A DNA stretch of 64,000 nt from a virus: positions 1 through 64,000 of IMG/VR virus record IMGVR_UViG_3300047160_020067, one strand, 5' to 3'. Numbering within the stretch: the first letter of the stretch is position 1; each line of letters starts with the position of its first letter. Below are positions 36,419-46,248 of the stretch, one piece after another. Below the pieces are notes generated by a model. It was not told the DNA's origin. It searched no databases and saw nothing but the letters and a program-made list of their open reading frames with translations. The position numbers and the translations under genes were made by a program.

Positions 36419-36685
36419 TCATCTGGGCCCGCAAAGAGTCCACGCGTTTCGTGTCCACTCTTTTAATGCATCTATATATTCGTCTAAAGCAATGGCATTA
36501 CCAGCAGTTAGGCACACTGAAAATGGTGCCGGACATCCATCCATGGAACCAGCTACCGTAATATTTACTGGTAGCGGAGGGGGTGGGGTTTTAAGGCAAA
36601 TAATTGGCGCTGGCGGCGGTATCGTTGGGGCAGGTACATTATGGGAGCAGGATAGTAGTCCAAAAATGAATAGTAACCGCTTCAT
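36419..36685 (-). CDS. Putative o-spanin lipoprotein
   Basis: Lipobox LLSC, Pro-rich, Cys residues. Confidence 0.65.
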   Translation of the reverse strand: MKRLLFIFGLLSCSHNVPAPTIPPPAPIICLKTPPPPLPVNITVAGSMDGCPAPFSVCLTAGNAIALDEYIDALKEWTRNAWTLCGPR

Positions 36686-36686
36686 T

Positions 36687-37199
36687 TTAGTTGCTCCCAG
36701 TCGGGATTGCTGGATATTGGCTGGTATCGTAATCTGGGCAATCCATTTCTGGAAAGTGCGTACCCCATACCTGATTAAATTGTGTTACATCTCCTGCTGT
36801 AAGGTGTTTTAGGGCTGGGGTGTTGTGGTTCATGATTTGAATGCCGCTGACGTGGTCCAAGCCCAGTGCGTGTCCGACTTCATGCGCCCCAACGGCAATA
36901 CTTTCTAAAGGTTCGATTTTAGCGAATCTTTCTACATCTATAACGATGTGTCCGTCGTATTCATATTTTGCAATACCGTCCGAAACATCAACATTTCCAC
37001 TAACTATCGGTAATTCTACCCCACCGATAGCTGTATTAATATCCACTCCGACACAGTGCCAGTATTCCGCACCGACTGCCAATTCAGTTCGCAGGGTTAA
37101 CGGAATGGCGGCGTCAAAACGTACCGTAATATGCTGGTCAATTGGGAAAACGTTTCGGCATCCGGACAGTGTAAATAGGAACAGTGCAATGCGTTTCAT
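36687..37199 (-). CDS. Lipoprotein metzincin (matrixin-like) metalloprotease
   Basis: Lipobox LSGC; HEVGHALGLDH; Met-turn IMN. Confidence 0.85.
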   Translation of the reverse strand: MKRIALFLFTLSGCRNVFPIDQHITVRFDAAIPLTLRTELAVGAEYWHCVGVDINTAIGGVELPIVSGNVDVSDGIAKYEYDGHIVIDVERFAKIEPLESIAVGAHEVGHALGLDHVSGIQIMNHNTPALKHLTAGDVTQFNQVWGTHFPEMDCPDYDTSQYPAIPTGSN

Positions 37200-37495
37200 G
37201 GCTTCTCCAATAGGTCCTTAAGCCATAGCCTTGCTCCTTCTGGTCCTAACTGGTCTACGAGACGATGCCTCGCATCTTGAAGCGCTGCCTCTTGACTAGC
37301 AATAACTGAATCTTTACGCGCAAGTTCTTCGTCGCGAGAGGCAATCACCGCTTGCGCATTGGTGAGGTCTGATTGAAGCTTTGGTACTTGAAGCTTTAGT
37401 TGTTCATCGAGGCGGTCACTATGGTACTTAAAATACGCCGCCGCGATGGAGGATGCTAACGCGCCAACGATCGATGTAATAAGCGCGGCAAGCAC
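37196..37495 (-). CDS. Putative i-spanin
   Basis: N-terminal TM helix plus coiled coil. Confidence 0.6.
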   Translation of the reverse strand: MLAALITSIVGALASSIAAAYFKYHSDRLDEQLKLQVPKLQSDLTNAQAVIASRDEELARKDSVIASQEAALQDARHRLVDQLGPEGARLWLKDLLEKP

Positions 37496-37504
37496 CGCGT
37501 AGCC

Positions 37505-37687
37505 TTACTGTGCCTTGAGCCAAGTGCGGCTAACGGTGTAGCCGAGTGCTGACAGAAGGGCGGCACCCAAACCGACTAGCTTGCCTTCCCACGAACTATC
37601 ACCGAATGCGCCGCATGCCTGAAGGGCGCTTACGCCTACCGCCGCCAAAGAAAGCCAAAATTCGCTCGTTTTATAGCCAGGACTCAT
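37505..37687 (-). CDS. Putative holin
   Basis: PGYKTSEFWL, two TM helices, basic tail; strong RBS. Confidence 0.7.
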   Translation of the reverse strand: MSPGYKTSEFWLSLAAVGVSALQACGAFGDSSWEGKLVGLGAALLSALGYTVSRTWLKAQ

Positions 37688-37713
37688 ATGGTTTTCTCCT
37701 TTAGTTTTCGGCT

Positions 37714-37962
37714 TTACCGCCGCCGAAGTTCTTTCACATCGTTTCGGATTTCCGTTACCATATCATGTACTTCTTGAATTTTCTCTTGTAGCACATCTAT
37801 ACGACTATGGTCAATGTCTTGTCTATCCTGAACTACTGATAAATCCGCTGATCGGGCAAATGTGGTGGCCACGTAGTAACCAAGTCCGGCTATTCCGACG
37901 ACCAGCACCGCCCAAAATTTGATTTTCTTTGCAAATGATTCCGCTGCGGCTTCTTTGTCCAT
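37714..37962 (-). CDS. Membrane protein with coiled coil (lysis-associated)
   Basis: One TM helix plus coiled coil. Confidence 0.6.
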   Translation of the reverse strand: MDKEAAAESFAKKIKFWAVLVVGIAGLGYYVATTFARSADLSVVQDRQDIDHSRIDVLQEKIQEVHDMVTEIRNDVKELRRR

Positions 37963-37971
37963 ATGACTACC

Positions 37972-38883
37972 TTAAGACATTGTATTATATGAATAATATG
38001 AGTCAATAGCCTGTCCGAGGAATACTGCATCTGATTCTGGGTTAACAATGAAATTTGAAGAAATGGCGGTATGATTTTGTTCCATTTTTGCTTTAGTTTC
38101 GCCATTATAGCTAGTACCAGCTGGTTGTCCGGAACCGGTTTCAGATCCACACATCAAACCATAATTCCGGGTTTGCGCCTTAGCGTAATCGAACCACGGT
38201 TGCATCTCGGCGATTTGGGTTGCGCCATCTGTGCCGCCGCCATTATTTGAGTAGCAAGCAACAACCGTCAGATCTGCAGCATCCATAAGGTGGTAGCCTT
38301 CGAGCTGCGTAATGCCGTTGTACGTCACACTCTGCGCGGTACCAGTGGTGATGAGCCACTGCGTCGTGAAGAGGCCAACAGGACGATTACCCATGAGCTT
38401 CTTGAGTGCCTTTACGAAATCGCACAGTGCAGGAACCTGTACGGTTGCATCGTAACCCGTGACAGTCCAATACTCGATATCGAGCATTAGACCATCGAAG
38501 TAGGCTCCGGTGTTGCTCGTACCGGTGTCAGAGATTAATTCAAAGTCAACGAGTCGGCGAATGACGTTGGGGAGAACCCATTGTTGGTTTGTCGCCCAAT
38601 CCGTATTGCCACAGAGAGCCCACACTCTGATACCTGAGGCGTGGCATACGGAAATGAACTGCTTGACCCTCGTAACGTGAGCGCTAGTCCAATTGGACGC
38701 GCCTAAATATGAATAGAAGTCCATAAGTAGAGTATCAACGCCATTGGTACCACAGAAGTTGATAAGGCTTTGCTGGTGGTTATCAGTATCCAAGAAATCG
38801 GATTGTCCGAGCCAGCAAAACATTGCGCGCATTGCATTGCTGTTAGGCGGAGTCGGTGGGGTTGATAGTGCGGTAACGGACAT
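37972..38883 (-). CDS. TIM-barrel glycoside hydrolase-like protein
   Basis: CHASGIRVWAL, FDGLMLDIEYW, VVACY, GSETG beta/alpha pattern. Confidence 0.55.
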   Translation of the reverse strand: MSVTALSTPPTPPNSNAMRAMFCWLGQSDFLDTDNHQQSLINFCGTNGVDTLLMDFYSYLGASNWTSAHVTRVKQFISVCHASGIRVWALCGNTDWATNQQWVLPNVIRRLVDFELISDTGTSNTGAYFDGLMLDIEYWTVTGYDATVQVPALCDFVKALKKLMGNRPVGLFTTQWLITTGTAQSVTYNGITQLEGYHLMDAADLTVVACYSNNGGGTDGATQIAEMQPWFDYAKAQTRNYGLMCGSETGSGQPAGTSYNGETKAKMEQNHTAISSNFIVNPESDAVFLGQAIDSYYSYNTMS

Positions 38884-38904
38884 GGCTTTTTCCTCCTGTG
38901 GGTA

Positions 38905-39714
38905 CTACAGTTCGTAAAAATCAATACTCCCGAAGACCGTACCAACTGTTACAGCATCAGGTTTAGCGTACATAGTAATTCGTGCGGGGCCTGCTACCAT
39001 TAGATTATCGAAATCGTATATTTGTTGCGGTTGTCCAGTTATGGTTCTGAGTTGGGAAGTAATTTGTTCCTCAAATGAATTAGCAGTAAGCGGTAAGGCT
39101 TTTCGTAGGAAGGTACCACCCGAAACTCCGTTTTCACCAGAGCATACTCGCGTGATAAAGCACTTCTTGCCGGCTTGCACATAGTGATGTGCGTAAAATG
39201 TTTGGCCATCGCTTGCCGCGATGCTAGCAAAGGTTGTTCCACCACCAGTATTCTGTAACGAAATAATGCCAACATTGGTGCCATTACTACCAACAGTGAC
39301 ACTAGCGATTTTTTCGATAAATTGAATATTTGTTGCTACAGTGTTTACCGCCGTAATACCGTTAAGCGTTACAGTTTCGGTTAACGGGCCATTCATATTC
39401 CCGTCATAGTAGGTTAACAACACAGTTCTGGTGCCGGTTCCTGCCGCTGTATCATTAGCGCTTGATGAAACAAATCGCATTTGCTGCGCACTAGATGGCT
39501 CGGTATAGGTAGTCGCTCTTACTGATACTATGTTTACCCCCGCAGATGAAAAATAGCCGTGACGAACGTCAGAAACAGCTCCAGAGATGAGACCGAGTCC
39601 GATCGCATGTCCTAGATCGGCTATTATTCGTATACCATTACTGTCATGAAGAAGCGGAGTCCCGTCTTCTTTGTAAGCAAATACACTTACAACTTGTCTA
39701 TCGCCAGCAGCCAT
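38905..39714 (-). CDS. Virion structural protein (SSSANDTAAGTG domain family)
   Basis: Paralogous domain shared with the next two genes. Confidence 0.65.
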   Translation of the reverse strand: MAAGDRQVVSVFAYKEDGTPLLHDSNGIRIIADLGHAIGLGLISGAVSDVRHGYFSSAGVNIVSVRATTYTEPSSAQQMRFVSSSANDTAAGTGTRTVLLTYYDGNMNGPLTETVTLNGITAVNTVATNIQFIEKIASVTVGSNGTNVGIISLQNTGGGTTFASIAASDGQTFYAHHYVQAGKKCFITRVCSGENGVSGGTFLRKALPLTANSFEEQITSQLRTITGQPQQIYDFDNLMVAGPARITMYAKPDAVTVGTVFGSIDFYEL

Positions 39715-39717
39715 TCT

Positions 39718-40692
39718 CTATACCTCAAAATATCCAAATCCAGCAAACCAGGTTATGCTTACGTTAGCGGTATCACCTTGCGCGTATAGCGTCACACGTG
39801 CCGGGCCCGTTACTTCTATTGTCGATCTTAGTTCGCGTCTGACTTCATTACCAGACGGTACTCTAAGCGTGGAAGACAAAACTAGCTCTGGTTTAGTCGA
39901 ATCTGTCGGAGTGGCCTTTCGAATGGTGACCTTGCCACCTGATGTTCCCTGACCGCCAGCAGCTAGTTCGACGATGTGCATCGTCTTCGATGAATTTACA
40001 TAGTGGTGGCAATACTGAGTTTGGTTGTCACCGATTGCGATCTGCGCGATAGTGCCACCTGCACCGCTTGCAGCAGCTGTGAGGTTAATACTGCCAGCAT
40101 TACCCCCTGACGACCCCACAGTCAAAACTGTCAATTTTTCAACAAAACAAATGGTAGTAGACACGGTGTTTACTGCAGAAGTACCGTTCATGGTTACATC
40201 TTCAGTGAATGGGCCAGCCATGGTTTGGTCATAGTAGGTAATGCGTACCGTACGTGCTCCGGTTCCAGCAGATGTGTCGTTAGTATTCGTAGAGACTAAC
40301 GACCTACCAGCATTGGAAGACTGCTCTACGAATGCGGTGGCCCTGACGGCTGTATTCGTGGTCCCTGAAGTCGTTACATACCCCGACACCTGAGACGAAA
40401 ATAGATTTGATATGTTTTTATTGGCGCTGCCCTTATAGTTGTTTTCGAAATCGGATTTGTCTGAATCGTTTTGAAACTGAGAATACCCTCCATTGACAAT
40501 GTAATCAGGTACGGTTCCTTTCCATATGGTACAGGTGTAGACAAAGCTACCGTCTAGCGCGAATACGGTATATACAGTCCCGTCATCGTCGTATTGTACT
40601 GCTAGGGCTTTTCCTGTTATGGCTGTCGACTTGAAGCTTGTCCAAGCCAATGAGGTAATGCCAACGGCGCCAGGAAAAATTACGTTAGGCAT
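39718..40692 (-). CDS. Virion structural protein (same domain family)
   Basis: STNTNDTSAGTGARTVRITYYDQT...NGTSAVN. Confidence 0.65.
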   Translation of the reverse strand: MPNVIFPGAVGITSLAWTSFKSTAITGKALAVQYDDDGTVYTVFALDGSFVYTCTIWKGTVPDYIVNGGYSQFQNDSDKSDFENNYKGSANKNISNLFSSQVSGYVTTSGTTNTAVRATAFVEQSSNAGRSLVSTNTNDTSAGTGARTVRITYYDQTMAGPFTEDVTMNGTSAVNTVSTTICFVEKLTVLTVGSSGGNAGSINLTAAASGAGGTIAQIAIGDNQTQYCHHYVNSSKTMHIVELAAGGQGTSGGKVTIRKATPTDSTKPELVLSSTLRVPSGNEVRRELRSTIEVTGPARVTLYAQGDTANVSITWFAGFGYFEV

Positions 40693-42806
40693 TATTGCTC
40701 CGAATAATCGAACGCACCGAAGAAGTGCGTATTCGTCCCGCTTGATACAACGTATATTGTAATCCGAGAAAACCCCGATACTTTGACAGGGTTTGACACA
40801 ATTCTGTTTGAAATTGGCCCGCTTATAGGAACTGTAATAAATCCAGAGATTATATTTTCGACGTTATTTGCAACTAATACCGAGTCAGCGGTTATGTGAA
40901 ATGTGGCGACTTGATTACCGTTTGTCGAGCAGGTTATATCATACAGGCTGAAGGTTTTACCAGTTGCCACGTAATGATGCGCCCAAAATGTTGTGTTGTC
41001 GCCGACTCCGCTCGATATGGTTGCGACTGCAATTGTACCTACCGTTGTGCCCGTACCACCAGCACCAGTAAACAGTGTTATAGTACCAGCGTTAGAGCCA
41101 CCAGATCCTACTGATGCAACTACTATCTTTTCAATAAAGGAATGGTTCGTATTGGATAAATTGACTGCTGTAGTTCCATTAAGCGTAGCAGTTTCCGTAA
41201 ATGGTCCTGCGCCTGTTTGATCGTAGTAGGTAATGGTTATAGTTCTAGCGCCTGTACCTGCTGCAGTGTCACTTGCACTAGAAGATTTTACGGAACCGGT
41301 AAAGTTTGTAGTCTGTTCAGTGTACGTTGTTGCTCGTACTGGCGTAATTACGCCCGAAGATGCTCCGTACTGTACGCGACCGAATATTGTTCCTTGAGTT
41401 GCCGTAGCGGCTGCAGAACTAACTGGAATTGCCTGTTGATTTGGCGAAATAACGACAACCAAAGCCTTGTCAGTAGCAACAGGCGCTGTGCTAGCTGCTT
41501 TAACGTCTGTTACGCTGGTTCCGTCTGTTACTTTTACAGGCCATGCCCCAGATGCGGCAGCAGCAGTACCTTGCGATACTGGCTGCGTGGTTGTTCCGGT
41601 GGGATCGATTCTTAGTGGGTCAGTAGATGTGGCTGCTTCTACAGAGCCGCCAGAAGCTGCTTTACGTAAGCTTACGCCTAGAGCGAACTGAGTACCGCCA
41701 CCGCTATCTACATCGAATACCCTCGGCGTTTGGATGTTGGTACCATCACTTGCTCCAACCCTAAGCGGATTACCAGATAGTGCGGCGTTGTCAGCCGAAG
41801 TGCCTTCCGCAGCTATTTTTAGTTCGCCAGCGGCTTGTGTAGTAACGCTACTACCAGCTACTTGAGTTAGGTTTTGGCTCCAAGGAGCCCCTCCCTGGTT
41901 TGCGGTAACGGTACCAGATACGGGTTGAGTTGTGGTTCCGGTTGGATCTACCCGCACCGTTCCATCCGTAGCCATACGGATAGGTTGAGCATTACCAGAA
42001 CCATCCTTACCGCCAGCCAATACTGGATTGCCACTTACTGCAGCCCCTGTTGCAGCCAGACCTTCTACTGCTACTTTTTGCTCGCCTGCGGCAAATGTTG
42101 TAACTGCATTGCCGTTAATTTGTGTTAGGTTTTGGCTCCAGGGAGCCCCGCCCTGATTAGCTGTAACGGTTCCACTAACAGGTTGTGTGGTTCCTGAACC
42201 GTCAACAATAACAGCACCCGAAGGGTTAACTTTTACGTCGACGTAAGAACCGCCTCCTGCTGTCGTGTGCCCTGTAATAATACTCTTAGTAAGTAAAGCG
42301 TAATTTTCATCGTCTGGGAGGAAACCTGCTGGTACAATTTCTGCACTGACTGGTGCTGTGCGAAGCACTGTTTGTAACGTAAACGTGCCCTGTGCAGAAT
42401 TAGTGTTCGTATATACGACACGAAAATATCGCCCTCGGACGCCACAAACAAATGCTTGACCGGCGTTGGGAGCTGTTCCAGGTGTGTACGTAAACAGACT
42501 CGCGTCTATCCAAGACGCGCCATCGTTAGAAAATTCTATTTTGACGCCATTGTTTGCTGACGCCTTATCAGAGTTTAGTAGGACGGCGACCGATGCGTAA
42601 TTTAAAGCGTCTGTAGCGGTTCCAGTAAAAGATGCATTGGACCCCAGTAAAGTCGAAGAGGAGTTATTTGCGTCTACCACACCGATAGGAAACGATACCG
42701 GTTGTGTGGTTGTTCCAGTAGGATCAGTTCTTAACGGGTTACTAACAGTTCCTACTGGACTGTCATTTTCATCGTAAAGTGTTGATTTCGGATCTTTTAG
42801 GCTCAT
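40692..42806 (-). CDS. Fibre-like structural protein with DPTGTTTQPVS repeats
   Basis: Internal repeats and the shared C-terminal domain. Confidence 0.7.
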   Translation of the reverse strand: MSLKDPKSTLYDENDSPVGTVSNPLRTDPTGTTTQPVSFPIGVVDANNSSSTLLGSNASFTGTATDALNYASVAVLLNSDKASANNGVKIEFSNDGASWIDASLFTYTPGTAPNAGQAFVCGVRGRYFRVVYTNTNSAQGTFTLQTVLRTAPVSAEIVPAGFLPDDENYALLTKSIITGHTTAGGGSYVDVKVNPSGAVIVDGSGTTQPVSGTVTANQGGAPWSQNLTQINGNAVTTFAAGEQKVAVEGLAATGAAVSGNPVLAGGKDGSGNAQPIRMATDGTVRVDPTGTTTQPVSGTVTANQGGAPWSQNLTQVAGSSVTTQAAGELKIAAEGTSADNAALSGNPLRVGASDGTNIQTPRVFDVDSGGGTQFALGVSLRKAASGGSVEAATSTDPLRIDPTGTTTQPVSQGTAAAASGAWPVKVTDGTSVTDVKAASTAPVATDKALVVVISPNQQAIPVSSAAATATQGTIFGRVQYGASSGVITPVRATTYTEQTTNFTGSVKSSSASDTAAGTGARTITITYYDQTGAGPFTETATLNGTTAVNLSNTNHSFIEKIVVASVGSGGSNAGTITLFTGAGGTGTTVGTIAVATISSGVGDNTTFWAHHYVATGKTFSLYDITCSTNGNQVATFHITADSVLVANNVENIISGFITVPISGPISNRIVSNPVKVSGFSRITIYVVSSGTNTHFFGAFDYSEQ

Positions 42807-45076
42807 GACAGCTCCGTCACTTGTGCGGCTCCATTAGCCGCCGCCCAAATTCCATCAACGTTTCCAGTGTAGCCAAACGGCACTTCAAAAAATCCATTTG
42901 GTGAAATTTGTACCGTGTAGTCATTTGTTGCGGCCGTTGTACCAAATTTAACGTATAGGGTTTTATTGCTTTCGTTGTATATCATTGCCCCCAATCGATT
43001 GGCATTGGATACGAGCAAGTTTACATTCGAAGCAGACGACGCAACGCGTGTTACAGCAGAAGACGCTGGTTTTGTTGGTGAAACTGATACTGCTGACTGG
43101 TCGCTAGCGATAACAACCGGAACGCTAGCCGCCATAGTTTTTTGGCCAACCGTTGGCGCAGTTGATCCTATCCATGCACCAACATTCGTGTCTAACCGAC
43201 CACCAACAAGAGCTGCTGGTAGTTGGGTTGTGGACACGGGTTGAGTCGTAGTACCCGTAGGGTCTACCCGCAGTGGGTCAGATGGTGTGCCGGCTTCTAC
43301 TGTTCCTCCTGAGGCAGATTTTCGTAGGCTAACTCCTAAAACGAACTGAGTACCGCCTCCCGTGTCACCATCAAATACGCGTGGCGTTTGGATATTCGTT
43401 CCATCGCTGGCTCCAACCCTTACGGGATTGCCAGATAGCGCTGAATTATCTGCTGCAGTGCCCTCTACGGCTACTTTTAGTTCGCCAGCGGCTTGAGTAG
43501 TAACTGCGCTGCCAGCGATTTGTGTAAGATTTTGACTCCATGGTGCTCCGCCTTGGTTTGCGGTAACGGTGCCGGAAACAGGTTGTGTGGTCGTACCAGT
43601 AGGATCGATTCGTACAGTACCATCTGTCGCAGTTCTGATTGGTTCTACATTTCCTGAACCGTCCTTACCTCCTACGAGAACGGGATTACCAACTGTCGCA
43701 GCCCCAGTAGCCGCTAGCCCCTCAACTCCTACTTGTTGCTCGCCTGGAGTAAGTGTTACGACCGTCGTTCCGTTGATACGGATTAAATCTTGCGTCCAAG
43801 GAGCCCCACCCTGTTGCGCCGTTACTACGTCAGAAGCGGTCAGCGCGCGAATTTGTGTGGGATTGATAGCACTACCGCCATGATAGATTTGGACGTCTAA
43901 AGCCTGATGGTCAGCGCCTTCCGATGTCGACGTAACATCAGCCGCTACAGTCGCGCCTTTTGCGCCCCCGCGTACGATCGATTTCTGTGTACCATCTGTT
44001 TGATGCGTAGCGATGGAGTCAGTATCTGCTTTGATTGCGTCAAGGTTGCCGCCTGTCTCTTGAGCGGCATTAGCGGGTAATGGAAGGCTGACGGCACTGA
44101 TTGGTTGAGTAGTAGTACCCGTCGGATCAATACGTATGGGGTGTGCTGCCGTGCCCAAAACGTTAGCGCCATCCGTAACCTCTACGGGCCATGCATTTGC
44201 GAGACTATTAGGCGCTCCTTGGTCAACGGTAGGCGTTCCTACGCTTACCGTACCAGTTACGGTTACACTGTCTGTGCCGCTAGATAGAGCACGAATTTGA
44301 CGGGGGTCAATAGTGCTACTGCCATGATAAATCTGTACATCCAGCGCTTGATGATCTGCTCCTTCAGTGGTACTCGTTATGTCTGCTGGGGTCGTAACCC
44401 CCTTAGTACCTCCGCGAACAATGGTCTTTTGCGTTCCGTCAGTTTGGTGGGCTGCCAACGAGTCAACGTCGGCCTTAATTGCGTCTAAATTGCCACCAGT
44501 TTCCTGTGCGGCATTTGTAGGAAGCGGCAACGACGTGGCGGATATTGGCTGTGTGGTCGTTCCAGTAGGATCGACCCGCAAGGGATTAGCTGCTATCCCA
44601 CCAGGTACAGACCCCCCATTGCCAGGAAGACGAATTGATGCCCCGAGGACAAACTCTGTACCCGCCCCGGTATCGAGATCAAAGATTCTGGATGCCTGTA
44701 AATCTGTACCGTCACTGCCGCCGATTTGAGTAGACGATCCCGGTGCGGCAGCGTTGTTGGTTCCTACTGATGGGTTTGTTGCCGTAACTGAGATAGAGGA
44801 ATTCGGACTAATCGCAACTACTAGCGCAGGATCGGTTGCGGCAGGTGGGGTACTAGCTGGAGCAACGGCAGCTACATTCGTACCATCGGTTACTTTGACT
44901 GGCCAAGCATTAGCCGTAGTATTTGGATTGCCTTGGTCAACTGTGCCTACACTACTGCCTTCTGTGGTGACGGCCAGACGATGAACCCCAAAACCATCGG
45001 TTATTACGTCGGCTACAGTTGTTTCGTCTGAGCCTAGGATTTCTGTCTTAGAGCCACCACCTTCTGCGCTAGCCAT
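42803..45076 (-). CDS. Fibre-like structural protein with DPTGTTTQP repeats
   Basis: Internal duplications; blocks shared with 40692-42806. Confidence 0.7.
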   Translation of the reverse strand: MASAEGGGSKTEILGSDETTVADVITDGFGVHRLAVTTEGSSVGTVDQGNPNTTANAWPVKVTDGTNVAAVAPASTPPAATDPALVVAISPNSSISVTATNPSVGTNNAAAPGSSTQIGGSDGTDLQASRIFDLDTGAGTEFVLGASIRLPGNGGSVPGGIAANPLRVDPTGTTTQPISATSLPLPTNAAQETGGNLDAIKADVDSLAAHQTDGTQKTIVRGGTKGVTTPADITSTTEGADHQALDVQIYHGSSTIDPRQIRALSSGTDSVTVTGTVSVGTPTVDQGAPNSLANAWPVEVTDGANVLGTAAHPIRIDPTGTTTQPISAVSLPLPANAAQETGGNLDAIKADTDSIATHQTDGTQKSIVRGGAKGATVAADVTSTSEGADHQALDVQIYHGGSAINPTQIRALTASDVVTAQQGGAPWTQDLIRINGTTVVTLTPGEQQVGVEGLAATGAATVGNPVLVGGKDGSGNVEPIRTATDGTVRIDPTGTTTQPVSGTVTANQGGAPWSQNLTQIAGSAVTTQAAGELKVAVEGTAADNSALSGNPVRVGASDGTNIQTPRVFDGDTGGGTQFVLGVSLRKSASGGTVEAGTPSDPLRVDPTGTTTQPVSTTQLPAALVGGRLDTNVGAWIGSTAPTVGQKTMAASVPVVIASDQSAVSVSPTKPASSAVTRVASSASNVNLLVSNANRLGAMIYNESNKTLYVKFGTTAATNDYTVQISPNGFFEVPFGYTGNVDGIWAAANGAAQVTELS

Positions 45077-45215
45077 TGGTTACCTTATCAGAAGGGTTAC
45101 TAATGCTCCGAGTATACCGCCAATCACCGCGGTTATAACGATTAGACTGACAACTATAGTCGGCGATAACTTTGATTGTGGGTATTGTGGCCCCCTTAAC
45201 GATACCGGCATTGCG

Positions 45216-45518
45216 TCACCTCGTGTTGGCTATTACCTGTACGAATGCCGCTGCTCCTCCTGAACCGGTTGCCCTTCGTACGAATACAAATTTTCTAAAA
45301 TGTATCGTCCAGCCTATGGCAGATGACGGACCAGTAGCCGGCAAATATGCATGAACGTTCTGCCCATCGAACGACGCTTCCATTGGGAAACGAGATTCGT
45401 TAACAATCAGCTGGTCAGCCGCTTCGAATAGAAAATCAAACTTTGCGTTCGGATCTGAAAACGTAGTAACGCTTGAAAGATCACGGCGCGCTTGAAAATC
45501 AGACACCGCCGTATCCAC
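45216..45518 (-). CDS. Small beta-rich structural protein
   Basis: Position in the late operon. Confidence 0.55.
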   Translation of the reverse strand: MDTAVSDFQARRDLSSVTTFSDPNAKFDFLFEAADQLIVNESRFPMEASFDGQNVHAYLPATGPSSAIGWTIHFRKFVFVRRATGSGGAAAFVQVIANTR

Positions 45519-45834
45519 CTTGGTGTTCAGTTAGTCCGCAAAGCTTAGCTGCCGGCGTCCCTCCAGCAAATCCGCTAACTACGCCACGAACCCATCGAAA
45601 CGGCGTTACAGAAACAACAGTTCCTGCCGCCGCTAACGATGAACCAAAATTGACCCACGAACCTGCAGCAACGCTTGTTGCGGTACTAGTCGGATCGTTG
45701 GACACTTGAATCTGAACGGCGCCTCCGCCGACTGCTTCAACAGTGACCGACCAAGTACCATAACGACCAGCAAAAACAGTAGAACCCGGATTATTAGATG
45801 CCGGCAGCCCGAGGTCAGCAATTTCAGTTTGCAT
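45499..45834 (-). CDS. Small beta-sandwich structural protein
   Basis: VQIQVSND...W...FRWVRG; start MQTEI after AAGGAG. Confidence 0.6.
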   Translation of the reverse strand: MQTEIADLGLPASNNPGSTVFAGRYGTWSVTVEAVGGGAVQIQVSNDPTSTATSVAAGSWVNFGSSLAAAGTVVSVTPFRWVRGVVSGFAGGTPAAKLCGLTEHQGGYGGV

Positions 45835-45848
45835 TACCCTAATCTCCT

Positions 45849-46247
45849 TTACGGCAACAAACAACGTGGCCGCAGAATAACCGGTAGCGCTGTAATGACA
45901 GGTTGTTTAGTTATTCCATCGTTTCGCCAAACATCGTAAACATAACGGCCTGGCTCTGCTTCATGCGTACTATTTGACGGAATCGTAAAGTTCAACCGAC
46001 CCGCTCCATCTAATGGTTGCGCTACCCCAACAGCTGCAGCGATTGCCGTGCCATCTGCAGTACGTTTTTTAATAGTAAGAGTGTACGTTGAAGATGTATC
46101 ACCGGGTGCGCCGCTTGGCCGAATAACTTGAAGGCGTACCGTTACGTCTTCACCAGCAGTAAACTGAAGCTGTTTCCCAACGACTGTCGGGACGTCTGGT
46201 GCTCTTACGCTACCGTCTTCGATTACGCCTAATAGGTCGATAATCAT
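45849..46247 (-). CDS. BppU-like Ig-fold structural protein
   Basis: FTIPSNST...PGRYVYDV. Confidence 0.6.
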   Translation of the reverse strand: MIIDLLGVIEDGSVRAPDVPTVVGKQLQFTAGEDVTVRLQVIRPSGAPGDTSSTYTLTIKKRTADGTAIAAAVGVAQPLDGAGRLNFTIPSNSTHEAEPGRYVYDVWRNDGITKQPVITALPVILRPRCLLP

Positions 46248-46248
46248 A

